Translations under genes and position numbers: made by a program
In this document: one piece after another, positions 47,836-61,440 of the stretch
Layout of the letters: every line of letters starts with the position of its first letter
How positions within the stretch are numbered: the stretch's first letter is position 1
Notes under the pieces: model-generated
Seen by the model: the letters and a program-made list of their open reading frames with translations, nothing else
Databases searched by the model: none
Told to the model about the DNA's origin: nothing
DNA from: Lama guanicoe
Taxonomy: Eukaryota
Direction: 5' to 3'
DNA length: 64,000 bases
Assembly (NCBI GenBank): GCA_013239625.1
Contig: MU054212.1
Location: 5,802,270-5,866,269 of the forward strand

Positions 47836-50209
47836 AAAAATCCAAGGTATAAAGCACAATCAACCATACTCTGTAGACTTGAGATCTCAATTATTGAAAA
47901 TTCCAAGGTCCAAACAATGGAAATGCACAATGGCAATTCTATGAACCATAAAACAATTCTTCACATGAACCTTCACATGGATTTGACCTGGTTCCTCTCT
48001 AAATCTTCCCTGTAATTTCAGCTCTGCTTAACTTGTCGAGTTGTCATCAAATTCACTGATTACTTCAATGAATGTTCTAATCCTAAAGTTAAGCAAGAAG
48101 TACAAGGATATGCTTTCTTCTTCTTTCAAACCCACAAAAAAATTAGTCAAAAGTCTTTGTTGGATGACTTACCTTTACTGTAGCTGATTCTGCATGAAAT
48201 GGGTGTGACTCTCTCCAAAGGTATGAATCATTCAGATATTGTTTCAGCAGAAGTTAAGAGAGGTCCACCTAAAACAAAAAAAAAGTTATAGTAAGTTAGC
48301 AGACAAGTGCCTAGGAAAATAAGAGATCTGTTTTCCACATACAGTAATGTTCATAATAAACATGATTTTCAAAAATCTTCAACCACAAATGTCCTAGACT
48401 AGCTGGTAAGGGTTACTGTGATTGTTAAAACTAAATCATCAAGAGCAATTTTTTTTTCCCATTGCCTTTTTTGTATGAAAGGTTTGCTTAACTAATCTGA
48501 TAACGTTTGAACATATTTCTGTCTAATAAAATCTCTACTTTAAGTGGGAACTGGGGGAGGTGATGGAACTGAAACTAGGTCCTCTGCAAAAACAAAAAGC
48601 AAAAAAATGTACAGTTCAAACAAGACAGATTAAAGAACATTTTCCTGAATTGCTCTGACACCACAGACATTTTAATTCTCTTCTTTTATGATGTCTGAAA
48701 GATTGCTTCAACTGTCCAGTTCTTTGAGTATGTACAGATATAACTGAGTTATTAAATCATTATTTATCATATGGAAAGATTTTCAATTACTTTTGTTACA
48801 AAAGTAAAGTTACTACATAAAAACAATTTGTCCTCTGTAACATCAAATTTGGGATTCAAGAATAGTAATCTAACTTCTTCTCTGCGCAGCTCCCGCCAGT
48901 GTGTCCTCCAAAGCAGTGGTTCCCAGTATTTTCTCTGTGTGACTCGTGTGACAGATGACATTCACAAGCTCACGCCCTCCCGTGGACAAGTTGATCCTCA
49001 GGCTCCGTTCCCCTTCCCCACTGGAATCAATTGTCTTTCTCCACCCAAGGGGGATACCAAAAATGCAAGTAAGTAACGTCATTAGGGAATAACTCTGAAT
49101 GTGCGCTAACCATTTTAACAAGTAAACCAATCACAAATTTCAGGACTTGATTACTAACAAATTACTACATCAAATTGCATGGTACTAAAATTAAAACAAA
49201 AAAAAAAAACACCAACAAGGTTAGTTTTGAAAGTAAATTAAAATGAGTTCATTTCTTTGAACCCTTGTTTTTTCTTTTAAATGAAAATTATTATTTATTT
49301 TTAAAATTCTGCATCTCTCTACTGAAGTATTTATAATCGTCTTTTGGATCATTTTGAAAAGATCTCTAAAGCCAGTATTTAACTTCCACCCTTGCTCTCC
49401 AAAGCCACTGCACTGCTTCTATTTTCACTTTTTCTTGATATGTAAGCATGTCATTTGTCTCTGTGCAAATGAATGAAGTAACTGCCGAGAAATCAGTCTT
49501 CTTTTCTGTCTTCTGAGGGTTTCTTTGGTGGATCTCTGGCATCATTAGTCACGTTGGGTCAGCGTGATGGTTTGTGTCTGACACTCCGTGAACACGCCTG
49601 TGCCTGTCCATAAGCGCTACAAGCCCTGTGTCACGCAGACAATGGACACCAGTCCGGGGCTGCTGTGAGCAACCAAACTCTCCTCCTCTCCTCCCCAGCA
49701 ACCGTGATTTCCCTATCTTTCCAAGAATTCCTATAAACAAATCCCTATGGTGAAATCAAAGCCAGAGGTTTATTCTGACTTTTTTTTTCAGAAAACATAG
49801 GTGGGGAGATAAAAATCTGCATCCCCAACTGTCATCCGCTTGTAATGAATGCTCACTGTGTTCATCTCTAGAGGGATAAGGGATTTTCCGTACTGTTTAT
49901 GGCTTCGCACTTTGCTCCCCCTGTAAGGAAGGGAGTGTTGAAGGAGAGGAAGAACACAGAAACGTTCTCCACTGGCTTCTGAACTCCTCCAACTTGACAC
50001 CGTTCAGGAAGCCTTAGCATACCCGCTGGTGATAAAATTACGAGGTAGGGGGATTTTGCCCACAGTGAACCAGGGCCCCCAGGACACCCCCACTTCCGTC
50101 TGGTGATGTGAGTAAATCACATCGTTCCAGGAATATCACGATCTCTTCTCTTTTCCCCTTTACCCTCATTTCACACACATATGACCTATCCTCCAAAATA
50201 ACCTTGGAT

Positions 50210-50630
50210 ATGTATTCACTCGTTCACACGTTCAACTACCATTACTGAAGACCTACAATGGGTCAGGCGCAGTTCAACTGCTGGATACACAGCAGTTCAC
50301 AGACAAAAACGCCAGCCCTTGTGAAGTTTACATTCTAACGAATGGTGACCAACAATAAACAGGCAAATGCACAGTCTTTCTGATTGTGATGCACCAGGAA
50401 GAAAAAGTAAAGTAGGAAAGGGGGGTGGGGCGCTCTAGGCGTGAGAGTAATTACAATTTTTACATGGGCAGCCAGAGAAGACCTCACTGATAAGGTAATA
50501 TTTAAGGTGGGAGAGGGGCAGTGAAGAGTGCAGGGGTTAGCCTTGCTGTATCTGGAGTAGAACCTTCTAGGGAAAAGGGACGGAGAGTGCAAGGGCCCTG
50601 AGGTGGAGCGTGCCTGGTGTATTTGTGGTT
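50210..50630 (-). mobile_element. L2 LINE fragment
   Basis: agtgcaagggccctgaggtggagcgtgcctggtgt and other L2 3' motifs. Confidence 0.7.
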
Positions 50631-51814
50631 CACGCTATGATCCAAGTAACTGATAAGAGATTAGCATGCCACCCTCCCTGAATATGCCTGTAAGAGCCAA
50701 GGGAGCCTTCAGCTCAAGGATTCCAGACATTAATCAGGAGGAGGGAGAGGCACTCTGATGGGCTGTCAAGACCGTGCTGAGGTTTTCTCAAGACAGTTGC
50801 TGCTTTGCACACACTTCAGTCCAGCATCATCGCAATCTCATCACATGGTACAACCGGTCTATGACTTATTTCGAAAAAAAATCTTTTAAGATGTTGCTTC
50901 AGCACTCTATTTAGACCCAAAGATAGATAATTCTGTTTTCCCTGCTGAGCCAAATCTCATTTTGCAGCTATCGTGCCTTCCTCCAAGTCTCTGGCCCCTG
51001 AACAGCATTGACAATTTCCTCAGGTCATTTGGTTCGGGGACTTTGCATCTGAGTAGTCATCCTCGTTCACTGACTCACGAGGAGACGCCGCCTCTGGGGA
51101 ACAGTCGGACCCTGTGACTCACGGTGAGCGAGCGGCTCACTCACTGTCAGGGTGTCGGGGACCGTGCTCTCAGGGCTGACCACTGCTGCCCCCAGTGTGG
51201 TGACTTCATTAAAGACGTCCTGCCTTCTCCCGGCTAGGCCGTGGGGCTTGCAGTCTGCAGGGCTTTGATTATTACTCTGTAAGTTCTAGCTCAGAAAGGC
51301 AGCAGAGCTTTTCCCACCCTGCTATTAGAGGCCCCCATGCTCCTGTCTCACTGCCTAAGGCAGAGGCGGCTCTAGGTCCATCTACCCAGAGAGCCCACGA
51401 AAATTTCAACATCCCGATGGTGTCAGTCATGTCACTCATGTTTGGCATCTGTGGAAAAGGACCCTGACTCCTTTTCTAAGATTAAGGGGAAGGACGATCC
51501 ACCCCCATTTCTGTACCACCAGGTAAGACAATCTTCTCAGGTGGCCCCTGAACTCCCCAGCTTTGTGCTGCCACACCCAGCTCTGGACACTGTATCCCAG
51601 ACACTTACACCTCTTAAGTATCAGCCAGGTCACTCTGAAACCCTGACTCACACGGTCTGCTATTTCTCTTCTGCTCATGCGCTGCAGTGTCGCTGGGAGA
51701 AACACACAAACACCCACCAACACACGTGCATTGTATGTGCATGCAAGGACACACGTGCCTGACAGGCACAGACAACACAACCCCAGACCAACATCTTCTG
51801 ACCAGATCCAATTA

Positions 51815-51965
51815 ATGTTATAATATATATAATATTTATATAGTAACTATATTATATATGATATTGACATAGTAACTCATCCATAGTGGATACTTATAAT
51901 ATTAGTATATTAACTATAATATATACTACTATTATTGTAAAAAATAACTAAATTAATATATTAAC
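51815..51965. repeat. AT-rich low-complexity tract
   Basis: TA/TAA-rich; bracketed by a duplicated taactcatcca(t/c)agtg. Confidence 0.75.
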
Positions 51966-54900
51966 TCATCCACAGTGAATATTTCAAACACCTTCCCCTA
52001 AAATACTCTTTTTTCTTATAATGAGTTCCTTCCAGTATATGTGTTTGGTTCAACAAATCTTTACTGATGATCTAGTATGTGCTGGCTATGTGGGGCTGAG
52101 CCTGCTCTGAACATGATATGGCCTCTGCTCTTCAAGAAGTAACAATCTTGAGAAAGAAAAGTAACTGAAGTAGCAGACCTGACTGAACTAACCACAAAAA
52201 CCATAAACCACAATGTGACTGCTGCTGCGCAGGTTGTATGAACCATTTTAAACAGAGCCACAGAGAATGAAAGGAAAGTTAAGTACAGTAATTGGACATG
52301 GAGAGAAGGGTAAAAGGAGAACTGAGGGTGACTCTCAGGTTCCTGGCGTGGGCCAAGGTGACAAGGCAGATGAGGAAGGAGCAAACTTGGGCTGGAGAGG
52401 TGTAGAGGGATGCAGAAAGCTTCCTTGTCAGCGTGCTGAGTTTGAGATTCCCTACAAAATTATTACAGTGGTTTGAGGTCCCTGAGAAATAACCAAAGGG
52501 TAATGTCCCATGTTTGAAGCTCAGGAGAGAAAGCAGTGATGGATTTGCACAATGAGAGTGGCTACAGAATCATGCTGGGCACCAAGTAAGGAGAAAAGAT
52601 GGAAAGGAAAGAACTCAAAAGGCATAAGCATTTGACAGACAGGCAGAGAATAAGGAATGGATTGAGAAAAGAACAGCCGAAAAGACGGAAAATTCAGCAA
52701 CTGTTTCTGCCTCCTAAATCTACCTGCAATTGTGTTCTCTCTTTTCAAACTGCTTGCTAGAATTTTCTCATTGGATATGCTCTCTAATATCTCAATTTAA
52801 TTTTCACCAAAAAAAAAAAAAAGCTTTTACTTCTGACTTTCCTACTTGTGTCAATGTGATGGGAAAAAAATGCTTTTTTCACAGATAAGTCTGAAACCCC
52901 TGATTCTTCACCAACAGCATTTATGCTTTGAGTTACTCTGTCTCCTTCACAATTATTCATCCTTTAAGAATCAGTTCACCCCACCAGTCCACCCCAGCCC
53001 CTCTAAAGATGCCTTCTCTCATCTCATGGTCCAAAGCTTGAGTTAGGTCCTCTCTTTCCTCTGTCTGCTTTGTACCCTGCATATAGTTCTACTACATATA
53101 GTTTACAAGTTAGTTATAGTTACATTATTTCATAAGCATCAATTTCTGTTTCTTGGATTACTTATCTTTGCATCACCAATAAAACACAAATTAAATGTTT
53201 ACTGAACAAAGACAAACTAAATGTTGAACAAATGAAGGAACAAATGAATGGAGCTAACTAACCAGAGACAGATGTCTCCTTTCATTGTCCTTCTCAATTT
53301 CGCTAGATGTATTTCATATCTTTTCCTGTATCCACATACCCTTTATCAATCAACGTAAGCCTCCTGGCCACAATAAGCATTTTTTAATGTTGTAACAGCC
53401 CCACATTTCTGTGCTTTGCTTCTAACGCATTTCATAGGACAGCAACCAGATTTAGCTCTCATCTCTTTGACATTCATTCTAATATAAATACTCATTGGGA
53501 CTTTTCAGTGCAATTAAATGGTCAGTCATCTATCGAATCATTAGCCACTTGTACCATGATGATTTATAAAGTGATTTTTAATGTGGGGGTGGGCAGGGAC
53601 TAAGGAGGCAATGATAGTAGGAAAGGGACCCATTAATTTTTATTGGTCTTTATGAGAACTTTTTTTCACAACATGTGTGTTTTAGATCATATTAAGATAT
53701 TCTAATAAGCTAATCACCTATGTGTATGTGTGAAATTGAGTAAGCTGGGAAACACAACTCAGATATTTTGAATATATCTAGATGTTAAAGCTAATTATTT
53801 ACACAAAGTACATTTTTTAACTGATGTACTGTAAGTACGTGTCTGAAGAAAAATACATTTACTATAATGTTCAGCTAATTTAGGGGGAAAGACCTGTAAG
53901 TTAAATCTTTCACATCTTGGTAGCACTTCAATATATTTTTAAAGCAATCAGCACTTCATTGGAAATGGCATTTGTTCTTGTGCAAAGAGATTCAGGAGAC
54001 TGACTCTCATGCCAGGAGCTAGAAAACCAGCTGCATAAGATCCAATTTCCAACAAGTCCCTTCAACTCGCTGAGTCATGAGTTTCAGATTTTTAACGAGG
54101 AAGTAATTCAAGAATGATATACTGCGACACTGGATTGTACATGCATTGATACCTTCTCTCAAAAGCCTTACAGCCAAGGTCTTATAGAGGAATATGCTCC
54201 TGAAACTGACTTTGACAGCCTCCAGGGGACAGTATATAATAACCCAAAAGAAATAAAATTTGCATCAGCTTTTTCTCATTCTGGAAGCTATAATTATCTT
54301 TATTACTAGACAGAAATCAAGCTCTAGATAATGAAGCATAAAAATGCTTGCCCATAGGACTTAGTTGCAAAAGCACTAATTTTAGGTACGAAATAGTTTC
54401 CAGGGATGATTTGTGAGTGTCTTGGTAAAGCTTGCCTTGTTTAATTAGGAGTTTTCCCAGCCGTAATGGGGAATGAGAACTATCACCAAGGTGTGCTAAC
54501 ACCCACATCCAGCTCAGGAGAAAGGAATGGACACTAAAAGGCATTCTTCTCTCCTGATTCAACTACACAACCAATGTTTACTGAGAGTCTACCATGGTAC
54601 TCAGCACTGTTTGAGGCACTGGAAACAGTGGGAAACTAAGCAGACACTCCTAGATACTCAGTCCTCAATTTAGCCACTGACACTTAAATAACACTATGAG
54701 AAAAGTCACTCAACAGTTAATCCCTAAGCAAACAGAGAAAATGTGGTTCTCAGCAAAAAAAAAAAGGAGTGGTCCTTGGCAGCTGGGCAAGAAAGGGACT
54801 AAGGAGGAAATGACCATTGTACTGGATCTGGAAAAGGGGCAAGGTTAGAAGTGTGGGGAAAGCAGGTAGCAGAGACCAGGGGAGGGAGAGGAAGGCGCTT

Positions 54901-55104
54901 GTAACCACAAATGGAACTATGCTATTTTGGCCAAATTTGATGCCAAATGTCTCTTTCTAGTAGCAAATCAACTGTTTATACTTTCATAGGCTCTTCCAGT
55001 ACTTCAACCTCAATAATTAGCCTTTCTTAGAAATCTCCTAATCTGGTGCTGATTTTAGTGTTTCTTTCAAGACTAATTCAACTTAATATTTACACTTGCA
55101 GTAA

Positions 55105-55310
55105 TAAAATAACGCCATCATTTGTTGACCTCCTAAATGCCAGACACTGCAGAACCCTTCGCACAGATTTCTGATTTAATCTTCACAACAGCCCTATAGT
55201 TTGGGCGCTATTAACCCCATTTGACAGACCTGCAAACTGAGGCACAGAGAGACTGTCCAGGTCACACACCTAAGTAACTACTGGAGAGGGTATTCTGACC
55301 TCGAATTACG
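55105..55310 (-). mobile_element. MIR SINE just upstream of the DSG2 CpG island
   Basis: atttaatcttcacaacagccctat...ccccatttgacaga...aaactgaggcacagaga. Confidence 0.8.
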
Positions 55311-55539
55311 CTTTGTGTAGGGGATTTTATAAATCATATCGAAGAGTCTACCTTTTCCTTAACACGCTGATAAGTTTTCTCCTAGTCAAGGGTAGTTAAC
55401 AACGGGTCAAAAAACTGTCCGTTTGGATCATGTGTGATTCTTCTAATAACTTTCTCCCTGAGCCAGAGAAGCGGCAAACCTGCCAGAAGCAATGAAGGGG
55501 CCGTGGGGAAGCGGAGACAACCACCTGAAATCCTGCTCC

Positions 55540-56560
55540 AGAACCTTCGCTGCGGGCGGGCGGGCGCGGCGAGGACGCGGGTCGCAGGCCGTCTCCTCCG
55601 CGCCCCCGGAGCGCCGGGCCTCGCGCGCGTTCGCAAAGCGCTGGACCTTCCGGCGGCCTCGGGCGGCCGGGCCGGGTCTCTGGCCGCCGCGGGTCTCGGC
55701 GTCAGAGAGGAAGGCCACCCTCGGGCGAAGAGGGGGTCGGGGAAGGGCGGGCGGCGGGGCGGGGCCTGACATTCAAAGTCCCCAACTCGGGGACGTCACG
55801 GCTCCAGGTGCGCGTGCGGCGCGGGGCGGGAGTCCCCCCGCGCGCTCCCCTCCTCCGCGCAGTCCCCACCTGGGCGGGCAGCTCGGCCGGGCTCCCGGCT
55901 CGCTTTCCTGGCGGAGGCCGCACCTGGAACCGCGCCTCTGGGCAGGGCCGCGCGGCCGCCTCGGGGGAGGGGACCCTCGGGGGCGCGGGCGCCGGGGAGG
56001 AGCGCGCGCGTGCTCGCGGGGACGCGGGGAGCCGGCGGCGCCGAGCGGTGCGAGCGGCCCGAGGCGGAGGCGCGGGCGCGATGGCGCGGGGCGCGGGGGG
56101 CGCGCTGCTGCTTCTCCTGGTAAGTGTGGGGCGCGGGGGCGCGGCGCCCCGGGAGGGCCCGGGCACCGGCGGGCCCCGGGCTCGTGCCCCGACCTGCCCG
56201 CTTCCTCCCAGGACCGGCCAGCCCGCCCGGCGCTCCCTCTTTGTGCCCCGAGGTGGGAAAGGGCCGGGCAGGCGGCGGCAGGCGCGGACCCCGGGGCTCC
56301 GCCGGGGCTGAGCCGGGCGGTGGGAACCTGGCTGAAGTTACGTTTTTCCGGCTGCCACACGCAAGCCCTCTCGCCTTTTGGTATCTGCGATCTGTGGGTG
56401 CAGTGAGCCTTGCAGCGGGGACACCTTTCCTGGAGATCCGGGGCTTTGTCTGGAGTCTCGTCGGACGGGCAACATGGAGGCAGTGGAGGCAGCGGTCGTG
56501 CCTCCTTCTAGGCTCGCCGAGACTCTCCTGGAGTCCCCTGGGGCTCCCGCCACCGTGCAC
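55540..56560. promoter_or_regulatory. DSG2: CpG island / DSG2 promoter
   Basis: Very GC- and CpG-rich; GC boxes (GGGGCGGGGC 55756-55765); CRE-like GACGTCA 55792; E-boxes. Confidence 0.92.
56081..56119 (+). CDS. DSG2: Desmoglein-2 exon 1 coding part (MARGAGGALLLLL); gene continues beyond the window
   Basis: gcgATGG strong Kozak; signal-peptide start; donor CTG|gtaagt; position downstream of DSG3 fits the conserved order DSG1-DSG4-DSG3-DSG2. Confidence 0.9.
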
Positions 56561-57958
56561 GTCAGTGACCTGGGGGAACCAGGGAGATACCTGTATTCTT
56601 ACACTGCGGAAAAGGGCCCCAGTCGTTTTTTCTAATGTATTTCACAAAGTTTTTTTTTGTTAAGCCACGTTACTCCGAATTACCCACATACAGTTTTAAG
56701 TTAAAGTTCACAAAGATAGTGTTTTAAAACAATCGCCCAGTAGCAAAGGTAATGAACATATGTAATCGTTGTAAGATTTTTTTCATTTTAAAGAGTTACA
56801 GAAAATCGAAGTCAGAGCCACATTCAAAGGGGGTTTTCAGAAGTTATTAAAGAAACTGGGAAACAGTGTTCAGTCTCTAGATGTACATTTCTTATGCTTG
56901 GTTTCTGTACTCAGATTGGATTTTAAGTATATTTGTTTTCTGTTCTTTAAAAGAATTCCACGTAATTAAGAAATGTATCTGACTCATAAGAGTTTGCAAG
57001 ATGCAAGATAACATGACAGTTATCATACTAATATAGGTGTGTGTTCACTTTCCAGAGACTTAAATGTATGTTCAGAGAGATTAGATGCAAAATCATACTC
57101 AATTTTCTTATATAATGGTTAAAATAGAAAATACAAGTACATTCTCTGCATTAAAAGTTCTAACTTCCCAAAGATTGCCTTCTCTCTATCCCAGAACTGC
57201 AGTGGAGGAGAGAAAAATATTTGTTTTCCTGTATTTTATGTATATATCTCATACGGGGTTGGGGGTGGGAGCATGACTAATGCAATCTAGGGATTTCTGT
57301 GAACTCTCACTTGCATGCTCTTTAGGACCTCCAGACCTTAGGCACATCAGTTTATTTTCATGCTCTTTTTATCCGTTTCATTTTGTCCAGGTCATTGAAG
57401 TAATTTTCAATTCAAGTTCCCCTTGTTAATAGAACTTTTCAGAGGTAATTTTGAGTTTCCTCTTTGGCCTCCAGAGTAACAGAGCAACTAGTTCCCTCAA
57501 TCATGGTACTTCCTGGGTAAAGATATCACCAAACTAACGTAGCACCTGGCTCACTTTGAGGGTTAAATATTAAATCTTTCCATGTTGCCTTTAACCTCAA
57601 ATAGTATAACAAGCAGGCCAGTTAACAAGAGAAATGGGTACATAATTTCAGTATATTTTTTACTTTAGCAATTCAATATTTTTAGCAGTAATTGACTTCT
57701 CCCTTTTACTTTAGTTAAAGTAATATTAACTAACTGAGTATGCGAATTTCTTGGACAATTCTTCATGTTTTCTGTAGTACTTCATGTGATATAAATTTGA
57801 ACATGTTTATTTTGGGTCAGAGAACAATGGGCAGTTCAGCATTTTGGCTCCGATGTGTTGTTGGAAGTATAGTTTTTCTTGAAGAGTGGAAAGCAACTCA
57901 TCTGAGAGAGTAGTTTTCCAGGACACAGGTTGTTTATAGAAGGGAATATAAATGGTCC

Positions 57959-58575
57959 TGTATATGGGTCAGAGTTCAGTTGCAGATCACAGAATTCACT
58001 CCAGCCAGTTAAAGCAAGAAGAGATTTATTTCAGGGCATTATGTTGACTGCATCAGTGTGGCAAAGACTGGGGAAAGAGACTCTATTCTGAGCTGTCAGT
58101 AATGACTTCAAAGCCATACAGCAGAACCCAGGCACTTCTTAGGGAGCTGCTGCCTCTCCTGTGATCAGGACCCATCACTCCCTCTCCACAACGTGGAAAC
58201 AGCCATGATCCAGGTGCTACTTTTGGTGCCCCAGAACCATGCCGTGTCTGCTAGGATGCATAGCTATGAGATGCACCAGGACCCTGCTTCTTGGCACCCA
58301 CGAATCTAGTGATGGACGCTAGAGCCAGAGTAAGATTGCTACAAAAACCCTGGTACATCCACATCCATGCTTGCCAGCGAAGACAGGAGACACATAGCTT
58401 CTGATTCACTTCCTTCTTTCACATCTCATGTAAATGCCGATTGGTTGTACCTGAACCACATTCAGAACCTTAGCTGCTGGAAGCCTATGCTATGTGATTT
58501 TTAGCTTTCCTCTGAAGTTCAGGGAGACAAACCAGAGGGGAGATATTGAGTGGTACCCACAGAGATGTCACACAG
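57959..58575 (-). mobile_element. MaLR (MLT1-like) solo LTR, DSG2 intron 1
   Basis: tgtatatgggtcagagttcagttgcag...aagagatttatt pattern of a reversed MLT1 3' end. Confidence 0.6.
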
Positions 58576-60517
58576 TCATTTAGCCTAACTCTAGCAAAGT
58601 GGGAAATAGAGGCAATTTTGTAAATAAAACCAGAGAACCCGTCCTCTTCAAGAGTTCTTTTTGTGGGATCCACCAACTCCCAAATGGTCCATAGATAGAA
58701 TTTAGAAGGTCCTTAGACATGGCTGGGAATAAAATTGCGTATCTATTTTCACTGATGTCTAACTGAACTTTAGTATTTCTTTAAATTAGTAGTGCAGGAA
58801 AGACACTGCAATAAAATTAGCAGTACTTGTGACTTTAGGCAATAGAATTCACAAATATTTTCACATCCTACTACAGGTGTCTCAAAATACCATTTATTCT
58901 CATTACTAATAGACTTCCTACTGTATCTTATTATATAATGTGTTGATGATACAGTACATGACATGACTTCATCACAAATTGGTGGGGGTTTTTTAAATAA
59001 GATATAATGACCCATACCCCACTGCCTCACTTTAAAGATCCGCTCTCCTTAGACCCCAAAAGTGCTAACATCATCATCTTTTAACACCATCAGTTGTCTC
59101 TTTTTTCAAATGTCTCCTTCCTTTGCTTCCGCAGTACTCTGCTGGGGGTCCTTCCGCCCTCCGGGAGGCTGCAGTGGTTTTCCAGCCCAGCACTGTAGAA
59201 GGACATCACATCACCCAGGGACACATCAGATGTGGGTGGGAGGAGATAGCAGTGGCTGAGAGGGTGCCCACTTCGGGGGGTGTGCGCCTAACCCCTGCCT
59301 CCCTTTGAGCCGCAGCGCCCGACTCTTCAGTGTCTACTCTCTCTCCTTCCGACTCAGAGGATTTGCCCAGGGTTCTAGTTCAACGTTTCTGTAATCTGTG
59401 CCCTGAGACTCACATCTTTCTAGCCTCTCAGACTTAAAATGTTGGTACCTTCTGACCCCTTCCCCTGTCTTCCACACACCGGGCATGGCCAAGAGCTAAT
59501 TAATACTGTCCCCATAAAGACTCTTGCCTTTACCCATCCATCTATTGCCGGTCCTCATTACATCTCCTCTGGCTTATTTCTTTCATCTCCAAACTGTCTT
59601 CTCCAAAAGAGTACAGGTACTCCAAACAATGCCCCTAATCAGAAGCCGGCAGTGACTCCCTGCTCCTTGTAGGATCAGGGAAGATCCCGAGCGCAGCTCT
59701 TTGTGCTCATCTTCGACTTGCCATCCTCACATCGTCTCGGCGTCAGACTGCACGCCTTCTGCACTCCATCTCCGTGTTCTGGCGCGTGTAGTCTTTAAAG
59801 CAGGTCATTTCTTTCTGCCTCCTATCTGCTCCCTCCCCTAAACGTCTCCCAGCTTCCCTACAAGGAAGTAATTTCTGCCTCTTCTGAGCTCCCCGGAACT
59901 GCTTTTGCAGCTGCCATTCACACAGCAAAGTTTTTCTACCTCTTAATTATAATAATTTATGTGCACTTTATCCCTCCTGCTAAACTAAGCTTAGGAGCAG
60001 GATCTATAGAGCTCAGTGTGCTGGACCCATAAGTATCTTTTAAAAACCTAAGAGTTAAAGTATCTTTCTATGTTTGGAAAACGCTGGAATAATAATCTGA
60101 ATTTCGTTTGTTTAGAAGAGACATTTTAACGCCCAGACAGGGTGAGCGATAAATTTTTGTTTGACTCTTAACACGTTCAGCAATTACTAGCTGTGCTTCG
60201 ACTGTATGCCAAGTGCTCTTCTGGGAGCTTGGGAGCTGTCCCACCACGGTCATGGAGCTTACAGTGGGGCAAAGGCGGATGTAGCGGAGAGAATTCAACA
60301 TTTTTTGAGCACCCACTGTTGTGCCAGTAACTGGATTTAGTGAATGTTATTAATGGGTAAAGCTGGGTAGAACCCAGGTTCCCCCTGAATGGGCATCACT
60401 GTGACCTCCTTTTACAAGTAGTTTTCTGTAGTTAGTCATACATAAGGCCTGAACTTGAGGAACTAGATAATTGGTTTAGTTTCATTACAAGTTAGAATCA
60501 TTCTAGAAAGTAAAAAA

Positions 60518-60548
60518 AGAAGAAGAAGAAGAAGAAGAAGACGAAGAA
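60518..60548. repeat. (GAA)n microsatellite
   Basis: Direct reading. Confidence 0.9.
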
Positions 60549-61294
60549 ATGTGAACTGAGATTTGCCTAATTTCACAGTCTTGCAGAAGTATTCTTACCA
60601 CTTTCTAAAACCATCGATTTTCCCTGTTGAATTTTCCCAGTTCACTTCCCTTAAAGCCAAGTGAAAAATGCCTGTTTTCTACTTTGGACCTGGGAGTCTA
60701 TTGTTGGTCAGTTTCTGGTAGTTCCTGAAGTTTGACTTACTGACAGACCAGTGCCATCTAAAGGTACAAAAGGACAATCTGAAGCCCTTGGTCTTAATTA
60801 AGCCTTTGAGGGGAAAACAATCTGGTTTTCTTTCTTCTATTTTTTAGTGTAATTTTCAGGAATATATTGCCACCAAAAGGTGGAAACAGCCCACCATTTT
60901 TGTCTAAAAAATTATGTGTTATACAGGTGTATGTGAAAAGATATGCAGATTTATTTATATTTTGCCTGATTACCAAAGCGTTTGTAGCAGTTATAGAAAA
61001 CACCAATAAAATGGCAAAATGGCAAAATAGTTCAAAAATAAATTCTTAGGTTCAGTATAACTTAGGCTAGAAGACGAGGTTTGAACCAGAAGAAAACAGT
61101 TTAAAGCAGTCTTACTGTAGTTGATTACTGCTTGTAAAGCGGAAAATCTTCTTGTGATGGGAGTAACTCAGGTGCTGAATTTCCTTATTTGGAATATGTG
61201 GTTTCACACATCTCTGTAATTAAGGGCTCATTATCCAGTCTGTGAGTTATCCAGGCCCAACCCTTTTCTTTGCTACACTGTGATTTTTCACAAT

Positions 61295-61440
61295 TATTTT
61301 CAAAAGTGTGATCTCGGGACCAGCAACATCAGATTTTCATACCCCACACAGATGTACTGAATCAAACTCCAGGGTGGGGCCCAGAAGTCTTGTATTTTAA
61401 TGAGGCGATTTCCATGCCACTCAAGTATGAGACCCACGGT
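61295..61440. mobile_element. MER5A-like hAT MITE (partial)
   Basis: gggaccagcaacatcag...tactgaatcaaactccagggtggggcccag. Confidence 0.75.

Noticed and set aside
55382..56663. Many long overlapping ORFs (up to 304 aa) on both strands
   Set aside because: Stop-poor GC-rich CpG island; products are low-complexity R/G/A/P. Only the 39-nt DSG2 exon has splice and homology support.
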